From assembly GCF_018350175.1 (NCBI RefSeq), contig NC_058382.1, positions 7,998,001-8,062,000 on the forward strand: a stretch of 64,000 nucleotides of DNA. Direction: 5' to 3'. Below are positions 24,268 to 35,400 of this stretch, piece after piece. Position 1 is the stretch's first letter; each line of letters opens with the position of its first letter. The position numbers were made by a program, and so were the translations under genes. The notes under the pieces are model-generated. The model searched no databases. It was not told the origin of the DNA and saw only the letters and a list, made by a program, of their open reading frames with translations. Source of the stretch: Felis catus. Its lineage: Eukaryota.

Positions 24268-26455
24268 CCGGCCGTCTTCAGGGCCCGTGGGTTCCGAGGG
24301 TGTTGGGGGCAGTGGGCGCCGCGTAATTATTGTCTGGTTTTTGGTTGCAGTGAATACTTGTTTGCTCCTTTCTTCAAACGACTGTGCTGTTGAGAACAGT
24401 TCTGTGGTCTGGCATTTTGCATTAGTAAAAAGAGAAATATTCCAAGCACTCTGGCCCTGACAGCAGCCTAGTGGGTGTGGTTTCTTTTGTGTATCTTTTG
24501 CGTATCCCAGACCCCATGACCTACAACAGCACCCTCCCCATCCTTCTTGGCTCCAGCCAGGTGCTGGAGAAGTGCTGATTCGCACAAACACCATCCGTCT
24601 CCCAGCAGGGTCCGCTAAGTGGCCACTTGTCCAACACATAGTCGTAGGTGCAGTGAAAAGTCTCCGTCTTCGAGGAGACAGCATCCTCGTATGAGGTGTG
24701 TGCGTGTGGAAATTCACCACCAGTGCAAAGAAGGGACGTGTGAATAGAACCGACCGTTGGATGTAGAATTCAAAGGAGGAAGGACAGGTCAGATGAGGGA
24801 CTTAAATGAGGTGTTGAGAAAAGGGTCAGACTCGAACCGGGAGGTCTTCACTTTGCCTGGCTGACATGCCTCCTGATTGTCCAGGTCTCATCTTAGGCCT
24901 CACCTCCTCCAGGAAGCCCTCTCGGCCACCCCAAAAGCTGGGTCAGATGGCTGTCCTGTGGTCCCTGCACCGCACTGAGCTCACAGCTTTGATAACGCTC
25001 GCCACACGATCTTAGGCCAACCGGTTACTGCCTCACCATTAGAGTGTGAGCCCCTGCGGGCAAGGAGCGTTCCTTATTCCCTTTTGTGACCTCAGCACCA
25101 TCCCTCACATTTGCGAATGAATGAACAACAGAGATGAAAAAACAGCATAAAATGTTCATCCACAAAATGGCCTGCTGAAATGGCCACGGGTGCCAGAGGC
25201 GGCCACAGACTTGGTTCTGAACTTGACCGACGCTAAAGCAAACCTGGTTAGTTACAGTGAGATCCAGTGTCCAGAAGAACAGAAGGCAGCCAGTTGTATC
25301 CCAAGTGTCTTTCGTATTTGTCTTTACAGTTCGCTGCACTGTCTGAAATACCTGTGACTGTATGTTGCTTTCCTAAATAAAATTTATTGTGGAACAAAAA
25401 AGATGCCATTAACGTGGATAACTTAGAAGGCTGGGTAAAAAGAGCAGGTTCCAGGTAAAAACCGCATGAAGTGGCCGTTTGTCTGGAACTCAGAAACCAG
25501 CAGAACTAGACGACGCATTTAGGCCCGCCTCTGTGCCAAAACGCAAGTGGTATGTTCCTCTGGTGCTGACGGCAGAGGAGGGACACATGGGAGAGTGTGT
25601 GCAGGTGACGTTCTAGGTTATATCTTAGATACACGTCAACGTTCAGTCCTTTGCCATCGTCCCGAAGGCGGTAGCTCCGCGGTAGCGGGTGCCATGGGCA
25701 GCGTCCCTCTCCATTACCTGGGGCTAGCTGGAGGGTGCTCCTTGTGCTTCAGAGGTGGAAAGCAGTAAAGCTGGGATGCGGATTTGTTCGGGTCATTTCC
25801 ACACGCCCAACATTGTGCCTCTTGTCCCCAGCTCCCGTAGGCAAGAATGACGCCCAGCAGTTGGATCTGATCTCCTGCTGCGGGGTGGAGAGTCTGTCCC
25901 TCCGGCCTTTGCCTCGCTGAGCCTGCTTTTTGCTAAGGAATGCCCAAAGCTTATTCCTGGAGACCTGTGGTCCAGTTGCCCAAAGTCATGACCATAAGTC
26001 GTTTCACCATCTTTGGCTTCCCAGAACAAGTGTCTTGCAAAAGCCACAGCAGAGAGAGAAGGGAGCCCCCAGACTAAACCACTTGATTCTCTCTAAAAGC
26101 TCCCCACCACCTTCCTGGCAAGTTGGCCTTCAGAGCCTCCGCGACCCGTATCTGACCCCTCTCCCTGAAGGGGGAGGTGGGATGGGGCAGCCTCAAGTCC
26201 CCCTAGAAAGTAGGAAGTAGTTCGTATTTTATACACATTTATTCATTCAACACCCATTTTTGGAGCACCTGCTAAATAGCTGGCCTGGCATCGGGGTCAC
26301 AAAAATGGGACAGTGTTTCTGCCCACACACAGGTTGCTGGCAGGGGCCACACAGTCGTGCTAAGATTTCCCCTGAGCTTGCATTTCAAATGTATATCATT
26401 TGCCTGTTTTGCATATTAAACGCTCATAAAACTTAATTGCTTTCATATAGCTGTA

Positions 26456-26680
26456 TTTTTAAATTTTTTTTTAGATTAAAAAAAAATTTTTAATGTATTT
26501 TTGAGAGAGACAGAGCACAAGAAGGGGAGGGGCAGAGAGAGGGGGACACAGAATCTGAAGCAGCTCCAGGCTCTGAGCTGTCAGTCCAGAACCCAATGTG
26601 GGGCTCAAACTTACAAACTGTGAGATCAATACCTTAGCTGAAGTCAAGACGCTTAACCGACTGAGCTACGCAGGTGCCCC
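26456..26680 (-). mobile_element. CAN-SINE
   Basis: Full body ending CAGGTGCCCC, flanked by AGCTGTATTTT duplication. Confidence 0.9.
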
Positions 26681-27341
26681 AGAGCTGTATTTTTTTTTTT
26701 TTTTTTTTAATGAAAACATTGAAGTTCCATCTATTTTCTTCCTGTTCCCCAAGGGATCTTGGGCAACCCACTCAAACACAGTTCAAAACCAGGACGATGG
26801 CCATGTGGGAGGGCTGGCTACAGTGTTCTGGTGCCACAGGGAAAGCGGCCCCAACAGGCTTCCTCGGGGAGTCAGGGAGGGGTCCCTGAGATTGCAACAG
26901 ATTCAGCAGCTGACTGGGTACCACCCTGCGGATGATGACTTCCTTGTCATTGCCGTTTCCCTTTCCAGGAAGAAAACAGATGCGCTTCTTTGCCAGTGCA
27001 GACAAATGGCCTCTGCTTAAGGTTCCTCTTCATGAATTAGTACGAAGACAGCCAATGTGGTGACTGAATTTGGAATCAGTGGCTTTTAAAGGTGAATCTC
27101 TCCATAAGCTATACCTGCGTTTCTTCTCCCCGTACAGGGATAAGAGTGGCAATTAGATCTGTGGCTATGACTTTCCGTTAAGCTCAAAGAAACCCTTTCA
27201 AACGACTGCCTCTCTATGGCCCAGCACCTTCCCCAGGATCATGCCTCTTCCTGTCAGCCACAGCTTGGCGTCAGAAGGATCAGATGTCCCCAAACAGCAC
27301 CCTTGATCTTCTAGGGGAGGTTGAAACGAAGGACTCCCAAG

Positions 27342-27747
27342 CAGTGGTGTGCTGGTAAATGTTGAATAGCTGGCTCTCCAGAGAAGGGGAGAGCCCTCAT
27401 GGGGTACCGGTTGTTGATCCCATGGTGGAAATACTCCCACCGGGGCTGATTTCAAGCTATCGACTTGAGGTCACTGAACATGACGTCACTGAGCATGAAT
27501 TTGGGAAATTGACATGCACTATCTAGATACAGTGAATTCACCCTAAGAATATACAGAATGGTAAAATGTAATCCGGTGATTGGGAAGAAATGAGTTTTGA
27601 GTAAATCTGTGTTTCAGGAGATTGATCAGAAATTTTTTTTTTTTTTTTTTTAAAGAATGGCTTGCAGAATCAAACCGAGAAAAAGACCCTAAAAATGAAA
27701 CCATCCGCTCTCGTGCACTGGTATGAGCCAGCCCCAGCACACCACTG
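27342..27747. mobile_element. Non-autonomous hAT DNA transposon (Tip100/Arthur-like)
   Basis: 14-bp TIR CAGTGGTGTGCTGG / CCAGCACACCACTG and perfect 8-bp TSD CTCCCAAG (27334-27341, 27748-27755). Confidence 0.88.
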
Positions 27748-28319
27748 CTCCCAAGTTTTCGATCAACCTTGGAATTACTTGGGTGCCTAAAAAGCCTGCT
27801 CTCAGACTCTCCGGGCAGCAGTGCTCTGCAGAACTTCCGGGAACAAAATCCCTCAGCCTCAGAAGCCAGCCCCCAGTCAGGCTTGACTCGGCCACGCTGC
27901 CCCTGTGCCTGCCCTAGAGTCCTCACACATTGGCACCGATCACTTCAAACGCCAGTGACTCACCTGGTGCACACACACACTTCACAGGCAGACACCGTCC
28001 TGGTCGCACCCATGACCTCCCAAGATTTCCCTGAGGCAGAAACCAGACCTGGTGCGCTGCTGTGCCAGGTTCAGGCCTGGCCTGGGGCTGTGGGGTCCCA
28101 TTAAGCCCCTTGGTTCCAAGGACACAGACACCAAATCCACCAACCTGAAAGTAATACTCGCTCATTGACAAAGACCCTCAGCATCACTCAAATGCCAAGT
28201 GGGCCCTGTCTTGAGTTTTGATTCAAACCGACTGTTAATTATTTTTTCTTTTTTTTTTTTTTTTCCAACTGTTAATTTTTTGAGACAATCAGGGAAATGC
28301 GGACTTTGGTTTAATGCCA

Positions 28320-28530
28320 TTTTTATTTATTTTTTTTTAAGTTTATTTTGAGAGACAGAGATAGCACGAGGGGGGGAGGGGCAGAGAGAGGGAGAGAATC
28401 CCAAGCAGGCTCCACACTGTCAGTGTAGAGCTTGATGCAGGGCTCAAAACTCATGAACCGTGAGATCGTGACCTGAGCCAAAACCAAGACTCGGATGGAT
28501 ATTTAAGTGACTGAGCCACCCAGGTACCCC
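28320..28530 (-). mobile_element. CAN-SINE
   Basis: T-tail, GAGAATCCCAAGCAGGCTCC body and CCCAGGTACCCC end. Confidence 0.9.
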
Positions 28531-28592
28531 TGTAGTTTTGGTTTTTGGTTTTTGGTTTTTTAAAGCAAATGAGTTCATATATATTTTTAGAG

Positions 28593-28779
28593 CAGAAGTT
28601 GGTTGACAAACTACAGTTCCACTTCCTGATTTTGTAAATAAATTTTTATTGGAACACAGCCACAACCAATTCATTTATACATGCTGTGGCTACTTGGAGG
28701 GCAGAATTGAGTAGGCAAGACAGAGATGGTGTGGGCCAAAAAGCCCCACATATTTACAGAAAAAGTTTGCAGACCCCTG
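28593..28779. mobile_element. MER58-like hAT-Charlie element
   Basis: CAAACTACAG...TTTGTAAATAAA...TTTATTGGAACACAGCCAC...TTTACAGAAAAAGTTTGCAGACCCCTG. Confidence 0.7.
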
Positions 28780-29051
28780 TTTTCGAGAAGCATCCTGAAG
28801 TATTTACCTACAAAATATAAGATGTCTGGTATTTGCTGTAAAATAATCCGAGGAGGAAAGAGAAAATGTGAATGAAACAAGACGGGCTAGGAGGCGACGG
28901 ATGCACTTGAGTTCGGCATCCCAGTCTCTCTGTTGTTACATATGTTTGAAATTTCCATAATGAAAAGCTTTTGAGAAAGAAGGACCTGCTCTCCACAGCC
29001 TCACCACTGTTCTGACTTCACACCAGGACCCTGGCACCTTTAATCTAACAG

Positions 29052-29171
29052 GAATCAGGACAAAGCCACCATCATTCACGCCGTTTCCGCACACGCCCCA
29101 AGATGACTTCTGTCCCGGGCTAACCAGAAAGGCCATGGGCACTGAGAGGGCCCCCCAGAGCCAGCTGTGCA
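29052..29171 (+). CDS. IL4I1: Coding exon specific to the long IL4I1 isoform (NUP62-promoter transcript)
   Basis: Acceptor CTAACAG|G and donor A|GTGAGT (phase 1, compatible with exon 32552). Reads (T)PQDDFCPGLTRKA-MGTERAPQSQLC-T, close to the recalled human isoform-2 N-terminus MPNDDFCPGLTIKAMGAERAPQRQPCT. First ATG is at 29135. Confidence 0.85.
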
Positions 29172-29596
29172 GTGAGTGCCCGCCCCCATGGGGCCCAGGG
29201 ATTCTGGAAACTGGGGAAGGAGGGGCAGGAGGGCTCCGTAGGAAGGGGGACTCTGTCCAGGAGTCAGGCCATAGATCAAGGGCCTCTGGTAAGTCTGTCC
29301 TCTGCTCTCTGTACCCCTCCCCGATCCAGGCCCGGAGCCCTGACTTCCACCTGGGGCCCTGGACATCCCCTGGGCAAGGCCCTGCCCTCTTCTGAGACTT
29401 GGGGAAAGTTTTAGTACCAACCACTCGTGGTCTTTGAACTGACTCTGGGAAAGCGATATATGTAGGCACTAGCCCTCTCCCCTGCACATCTGTGTGGCTA
29501 CCACTATTTCTTTCCTGCCCCCATACCCAGGTCCCCGTCCTGCGCCATATCTGGCCACCTTTGGGAGTTCTATTCAACATCAACCTAAGCCTAGCC

Positions 29597-29809
29597 CAGT
29601 GGTTCTTAGCCAGGGTGATTTTGCGTCCCCTTCCCCGGAGAATGATTGACAATGCCTGGAGACAGTGTCTTTTGTCACACTTTGAGGGCCAGGTGCTGCT
29701 GGCATCTAGAGGGTAAGGCCAGTGAAGCTGTTCGGCATCCTACGATGCACAGGATGGTCCCCACCAAGATGGCCCCCAATGTCAACAGTGCCGAGGCAGA
29801 GAGACCCTG
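29597..29809. mobile_element. MER20 DNA transposon
   Basis: CAGTGGTTCTTAGCCAGGGTGATTTTGC...GCTGCTGGCATCTAG...CCCCAATGTCAACAGTGCCGAGG...ACCCTG. Confidence 0.85.
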
Positions 29810-31889
29810 CCCTGGCCCCCTCCCTAGTTCACAAGCCTGAGCTTTCTGCTGGTGAAAAAAGTGCTTAAGAACATGGGACTGGAGCCAGGCTGCTGGGATC
29901 ACACCCAGGTTCTGCTACTTCTTAGCTGGTGACTTCTCTGGGCCTCGGTTTTCTCCACCGTGAGATGGGGACAGTTAAACCCACCTTGTCAGAATTGTTC
30001 CCAGAGTAAATGAAGTGAAGCATGTCTGGCACGTGGTACCAGTCATGTTATAGGTAGCAAGATCAATCAGGCCTGGCCCTAATAGGGCCCCTGCGCCCTC
30101 AGGCGCTGCTGGTTTCCAGTCCTGGGTGGCCTCATGAGTTGGGTTCCTCTCCCTTCCTTTCCCTGTCCTGCTGAGCCCCACTTTTGTTGTAGAGTCCAGG
30201 AGGTGAGCTCGTGGCGTGCCCGGAGCCAGGGGATTTTTAAGCGCAATCCTGTGGTGGAGAGACCAGGGGGTCTGCTCGGACCCCGGCAGGGCCCTCCAAA
30301 CTGATCTGGGGACCGACACGGCTTGCCGAGACCAGTGCAGGAGTTCCACAGCCCTGCGGCCTCCACCCCTTTCTGCGTCCATGTTACTCCTGCTCGTGAC
30401 ATTGCCATGGGGAAGTAGCACAGATGGGCCTCCGGGGAGGGGCCGGCCGGACCCCCAGCTCTGCAGGCCGGGCTCCCCCTCCGACACAAGGTGTCTGGGA
30501 TTAGAGGAGAAACCAGGCGGTGTGCTCAACTCGTGTCACCATGAAGGAAGGAGGCAGGGTCTGTGATGGGAAGGCCTTCCCACGCTGAGGCCTGGGGTGA
30601 GTCCTGGGGTCCTCCTCCCCCACCTGCCCCCTGTCCATCTGTCAGATCCCTCCTCTGCCAAGAGCAGCTCTGTGAGGTCCACAGTGAGCACGAAGCACTG
30701 AGCACAGGACCACCTTAGTGCGCGCTCACCATGGGGACTGTCTCGGTCGTTTTTGCTGACTGTCCCCTTTGCTTTCTTGGCATTTGGCCTCAAGGCCCAA
30801 GGCTCTGTCCAGCTGATTGTGTTTCCTGCTTGGCTGCTGCCTCCCAGGCCCCTGCATCATATGTTTACTGACTCACTCAGATATACCCCCTCCAACCCCC
30901 ACCCTCCGCCAAACCACATCCCTCTTTGATGTACTGTTTGGATTTTCCCATCTTGTTGCTGGAGAGGATCTGCCACCAGCTGCCTGGTGCCTTCTCCCCC
31001 CGCCCCAAGAAAACCCCCTGAAATTGCCTCTCTACCTCCACCCATTTCAGGGGACCCACCACGTGTCCCCTTGGCTAAAGTCCCAAGGGCCGAGGGACCC
31101 CTGCTGCCACGAGTGGGGACCCCTTGAGGCTGGGTCCTCTTGTTCTGACTGCCTGCCCCCCTCAGGGAAAAAGCACCCCACAGACAGGTGGAGAAGGCTA
31201 AGGCCAAAGGCAGAGAGGCGGAAGCTCCAGTGGCCTTTTTGCTGAGCCCCCAGCACCCTAGTGTGAGCGGAGAGCCACAGTGGTTCTCAACGTAGGGATG
31301 GGAAGGGTGAGCACACATCCTGGGCTGCGACTTGTGCAGGGCTGGGGAGCGGGGGTGGGGGTGGGGGGTCATTCCCTGAACCCCTGCCAGCGCCCCCACG
31401 GTGACAGGGGCTGGCAATTTCTAAGGAGCAAGTTGTAGTATCGACCCAGGCGCTTGTTCACAAGGCCTGACCTGGATTCACGGCCCCCACTTGACAGCTG
31501 GAGACCAGAACCACACAGGCAGGCACCAGGCTCAGGACCCAGGCAGGCTGGCCCCGAGCCCACGCCTCTGACCACTGTGCTGTTGCCTGCAAGTCCCACT
31601 ACTGAGTCCATTTCACGGAGGGGAAGACGGAGGCTCAGAGCAGCCATGTGGGAGGGGAGTGGAGCCAGCAAGGGCCCTTCAGGGCACAGCGACGACAACT
31701 AGACACAGGGACAGACTCAGACTATCACAGGGAACATGCGGCCCCAAGGCCAGACACCCCCCCACCCCCGCCCCAGCAATTAAGGAGACAGAGCACAGAG
31801 GAGGGCAGACACAGGGACCCTGAGACCAGGCACCCTTAGCATGGTTACCTGAGCATTTATTTCCGGCCTTCCAACTGCCCCAGAACTAT

Positions 31890-32150
31890 TTGGGGCAAGA
31901 GGAAGAAAATAGACTGATTTGCTTCCTCTCAACCCCCTTTCCCCAACGCCCACCCCCTCCAGCCTCAACTAAATTCTAAGCACCTGACCCTACAACCCAG
32001 GAAAGTAGTTTCATTTCCCCCACTGCAGATTTCTCAAAGGGAGGGGAGGGCGGGGCTCAGCTCATTGTTTAAGGACCAAGAAGGGGGCCAGGGCAGACCT
32101 TTGGAAGCAACAGGAGAGAGAGGGTGGTACCGCTGTCCACAGAGAGCCCA
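31890..32150 (+). promoter_or_regulatory. Putative proximal (immune-cell) promoter of IL4I1
   Basis: GAGGAA Ets site near 31899, Ets-IRF composite AGTTTCATTTCC at 32007-32018, GC box near 32048. Candidate first-exon donor AAG|GTAGA at about 32152. Confidence 0.55.
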
Positions 32151-32435
32151 AGGTAGAGGGGAGGCTGCCAGGAAACTGGGACCCACAGAAATAGACACAG
32201 GGAGACAGGGCAGAGGAGAGGGGAACAGAGAAGAGAAGGACAAGGAGGGCAGGGACGGGGACAGGGGGGCAGATAGGTGAGCACAGAACAGGAGACTGCT
32301 AGAAGGGGTAGATGGAGGCATGAGGCTCCAGAGAGACAGGTGGCCTTAGGGACGGGGCCTGGGGTGGGACCCAGGCCCCTGTCACAGTGGCCCTTGCTTT
32401 CCCTCCAAACTAGACACCATCTCCCGCGGAGAGTT

Positions 32436-35400
32436 ATGGCCTCGTCGGGTAAGTAAGCAGGAGAGGGGGGCACAGGGACGGGGGGGACGGAGCCCACTCT
32501 CCCCACACATACCTACTGACCTTCCCACTGATCCCGTCCTCCTCCCTCCAGCCCGGTACTTGCTTGTCCTGATCTCCATCTTCTTCAGCCTGGTGGCCTC
32601 CCTGGACTGGAAGACTTCCCATAGCCAGGATCCCTTTGAGAAATGTATGCATGATCCTGACTATGAGGTGCTGCTCAAGGTTGTGACCTTGGGCCTCAAT
32701 CGAACCTCAAAGCCCCAGAGGGTGATTGTGGTTGGTGCCGGTGTGGCTGGGCTGGTAGCTGCCAAGGTGCTCAGTGATGCCGGACACAAGGTGAGAAGTG
32801 CTGCTTGCAGTCTACCTGGAGTCTTTTGTGCTGCAGGCTGGGAATCCCGGGTGTTAGGGGCCTGGCCACGTCCCTGTTGAGGGGCTGGTAGGAGGTGGAG
32901 AGAGGAGCTGTGCTTTCCCCCTCGGTCTGAGGACTGAGACTGGAGGGGAGGCTGAGAGACCTTTGACCTTCCCTGCCCCACTCTCTCTCATTCCCGAGGG
33001 AAGTCCCTCTGAAAGTCCTCCAACCTCCCGGAGGGGAATTTGTCCTGGTGGCCATGGTAACTCCACTCAAGGAACACTGCCTGAGGTCTAACCACTGCCC
33101 CTCTCACTGAAAGCCGAGAAGGAGAATGGGCTGGGCCAGGACTTCTGTGCACGGAGGAAATCTTCCCGCCCCTACCCCCACTCCCTAGGCTGGGAAGTTC
33201 CTCTGCAATCTGGCTTGCAGTCGTCCTGCTGCAGCTGGGAAACTGCATATTGTACGTGCTTGCTAGGACATCTGTTCTCCCACCAGCTCCTCTGGCTTTT
33301 TCATGTAGAAGGGCGTCCTTCTCTAGTCTAGGTCTGGGCTGCTGTGGGGATGGAAGCTGGGTGCTGGCACAGGGTGGGGATGGGGGGGGGGGTCAGTGGG
33401 AGGAGCTGAAGGGCCCTGCTTGGTGCTCCCCACCCCCATCCCTCAGGTCACCATCCTGGAGGCAGACAACAGGATCGGAGGCCGCATCCTCACCTACCGG
33501 GACCGGAAGACAGGCTGGATTGGGGAGCTGGGAGCCATGCGCATGCCCAGCTCGCACAGGTGAGGCCTGGCCAGGCAGCCCTGTGGGCACCGAAGCCTCC
33601 CCTAGCCCCACCTCTGTGTCCCTGAGGTGCTCAGAGCTCCGTGTCCAGCCAGAGTTCCAGTTCTGCCCTCCCAACCTTGTCTCCTCCGCATCGCAAGCCC
33701 TCACCCGACCCAAGCTCTGTCCTCATTCCCACTTCAGCCCCAACGAAAGCCTGCCGGGGCACCAAACACGATCCGAAACCCGTATACCTTCAGCCTTCCA
33801 GCCTCTCTCTCCTCTCATTCACGGCCCCAGCTCCAGTGACCCACCCTCCCACCCGACTCTAGCCCCGATGCAGACTCAGGCCCATCCCCAACCCCTGCCC
33901 CCCCCCCCCCCCGCTCCAGAAGAGGGGCCCCAACTCCTCCCAGCCCTGCTCCCGCCCCCACCTGACCCTCAGCAGCCTCTCCCGGCTCCTTCAGGATCCT
34001 CCACGAGCTCTGCAAGAGTCTGGGACTCAACCTGACCAAATTCACTCAGTATGATGAGAACACGTGGGTAGAGGTCAACAACCTGAAGCTGCGCAACTAT
34101 GTGGTGGAGAAGATGCCAGAGAAGCTGGGCTACAAGCTGCGCCCCAGGGAGAAGGGCCACTCGCCCGAAGAAATCTATCAGATGGCTCTCAACCAGGTAG
34201 GCAGCCTCGGGAGCCCCGCGGCCCGTCCCCCACACCCCTCTGCCCTCGGTCTCTGATCTGCTTCTCAACGCACGCTGTCCGGACAGCCTCAGATTCTACG
34301 AAGGCCTTTGGCTTAAACTTTGGTCTTCGACCTGATGTTTTCCCCATCCATCTTGGGGGACCCAGACTTTTGTCCATGTCCCCCCTCCCCGGGTCATACC
34401 CCAGGACGAGCTCAGCATCTTCCCTTAACCCCACGCATACTCCTGGGTTCCCCCATCTCACGATGGCCCCATCACCCCCACCCTAGTCACAAGGCAGACA
34501 GACCCTCAGGTGCTGTCCTAGCTCCCTCCCTGTCCCTTCCACCACCAGTCAGTCCCCAGCCCCATCCCTCCTGCCCCCTGACTCTCCTGCAGTGTTCCCA
34601 CCTCTCTGTCCCCACGGGCCCTGCTCTGGCTCAGGCTTTTCATCCTGTTCCAGCCCCTGCTCACAGCCCCCTATGGCTCCCCAGCGCCTTAGCCTCAGGG
34701 TCAAGCCCTGAGTGGTCTGGTTTCTCTCACCCCTCTAGCCTCATCTCTCCTCCAAGAAGTGTTTGTTACCCTCCAAAGCCTTCGGAGTGGCCAAACACCC
34801 CAGCCCTGCACTCCTTCGTACCCACAATGCTCCTTCACCATCCTGCACCCATGCCCTTGCTCTTGCTTCCTGCCCCGCCTGGCAGGCCTTTTCCCTTTCC
34901 CACCCAGGGAACCCTACTAATCCCCCAAGAACCAGGTCCAACGTCCCCTCCTCCAGGAAGCCTTCACTGGTGCCCTCAGGGAGGAGCCAGCCTTGGCCTC
35001 CTCTGGGAGCTCCTGTCTGGCTCCCCTCCTGGACCAGGGTGGGCACTGAGTGCAGGCCATTTCTGTGCCCTGGCACTGACCAGTTCAGGGAGCCTAGGGA
35101 GACGCAAGGTGAATGGTGAGTGAGTGAGCAAAGGAGCACATGCTTTGAGGAGTTCCCCAGCCACAGGGGAAAGCCACGTGGACAGAGTAGAAGGCTAACA
35201 TCAGATGGGGCTGTGAGGTTCCCAGGAAGGGAGGAGACTTGAACAGCGCAGTAAAGGATGGCCACTCATGTTTCAGGCAAAGACAAGGCAGGGGAACGAG
35301 TGCAGTGGTGCGGTGCAAGTGGCCGGGGGGCCCGAAAGTGGTCTGGGCACTGCACATAGTGCTGCAGAACGACAGCTGCTGTAAGATGGTGACTGAGGGG

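Noticed and set aside
23297-24460. Alternative-frame and antisense ORFs over NUP62 (351, 201 and 118 aa)
   Set aside because: Shadow ORFs from GC3-biased codons; the longest runs through the N gap.
26754-26917. Possible additional non-coding exon of the long IL4I1 isoform
   Set aside because: Acceptor is plausible (pyrimidine tract plus AAG) but the donor is weak; not supportable without transcript data.
33250-35123. 261-aa and 267-aa Pro/Ser-rich ORFs in IL4I1 introns
   Set aside because: Produced by C-rich intron composition; non-ATG starts and out of frame with true exons.
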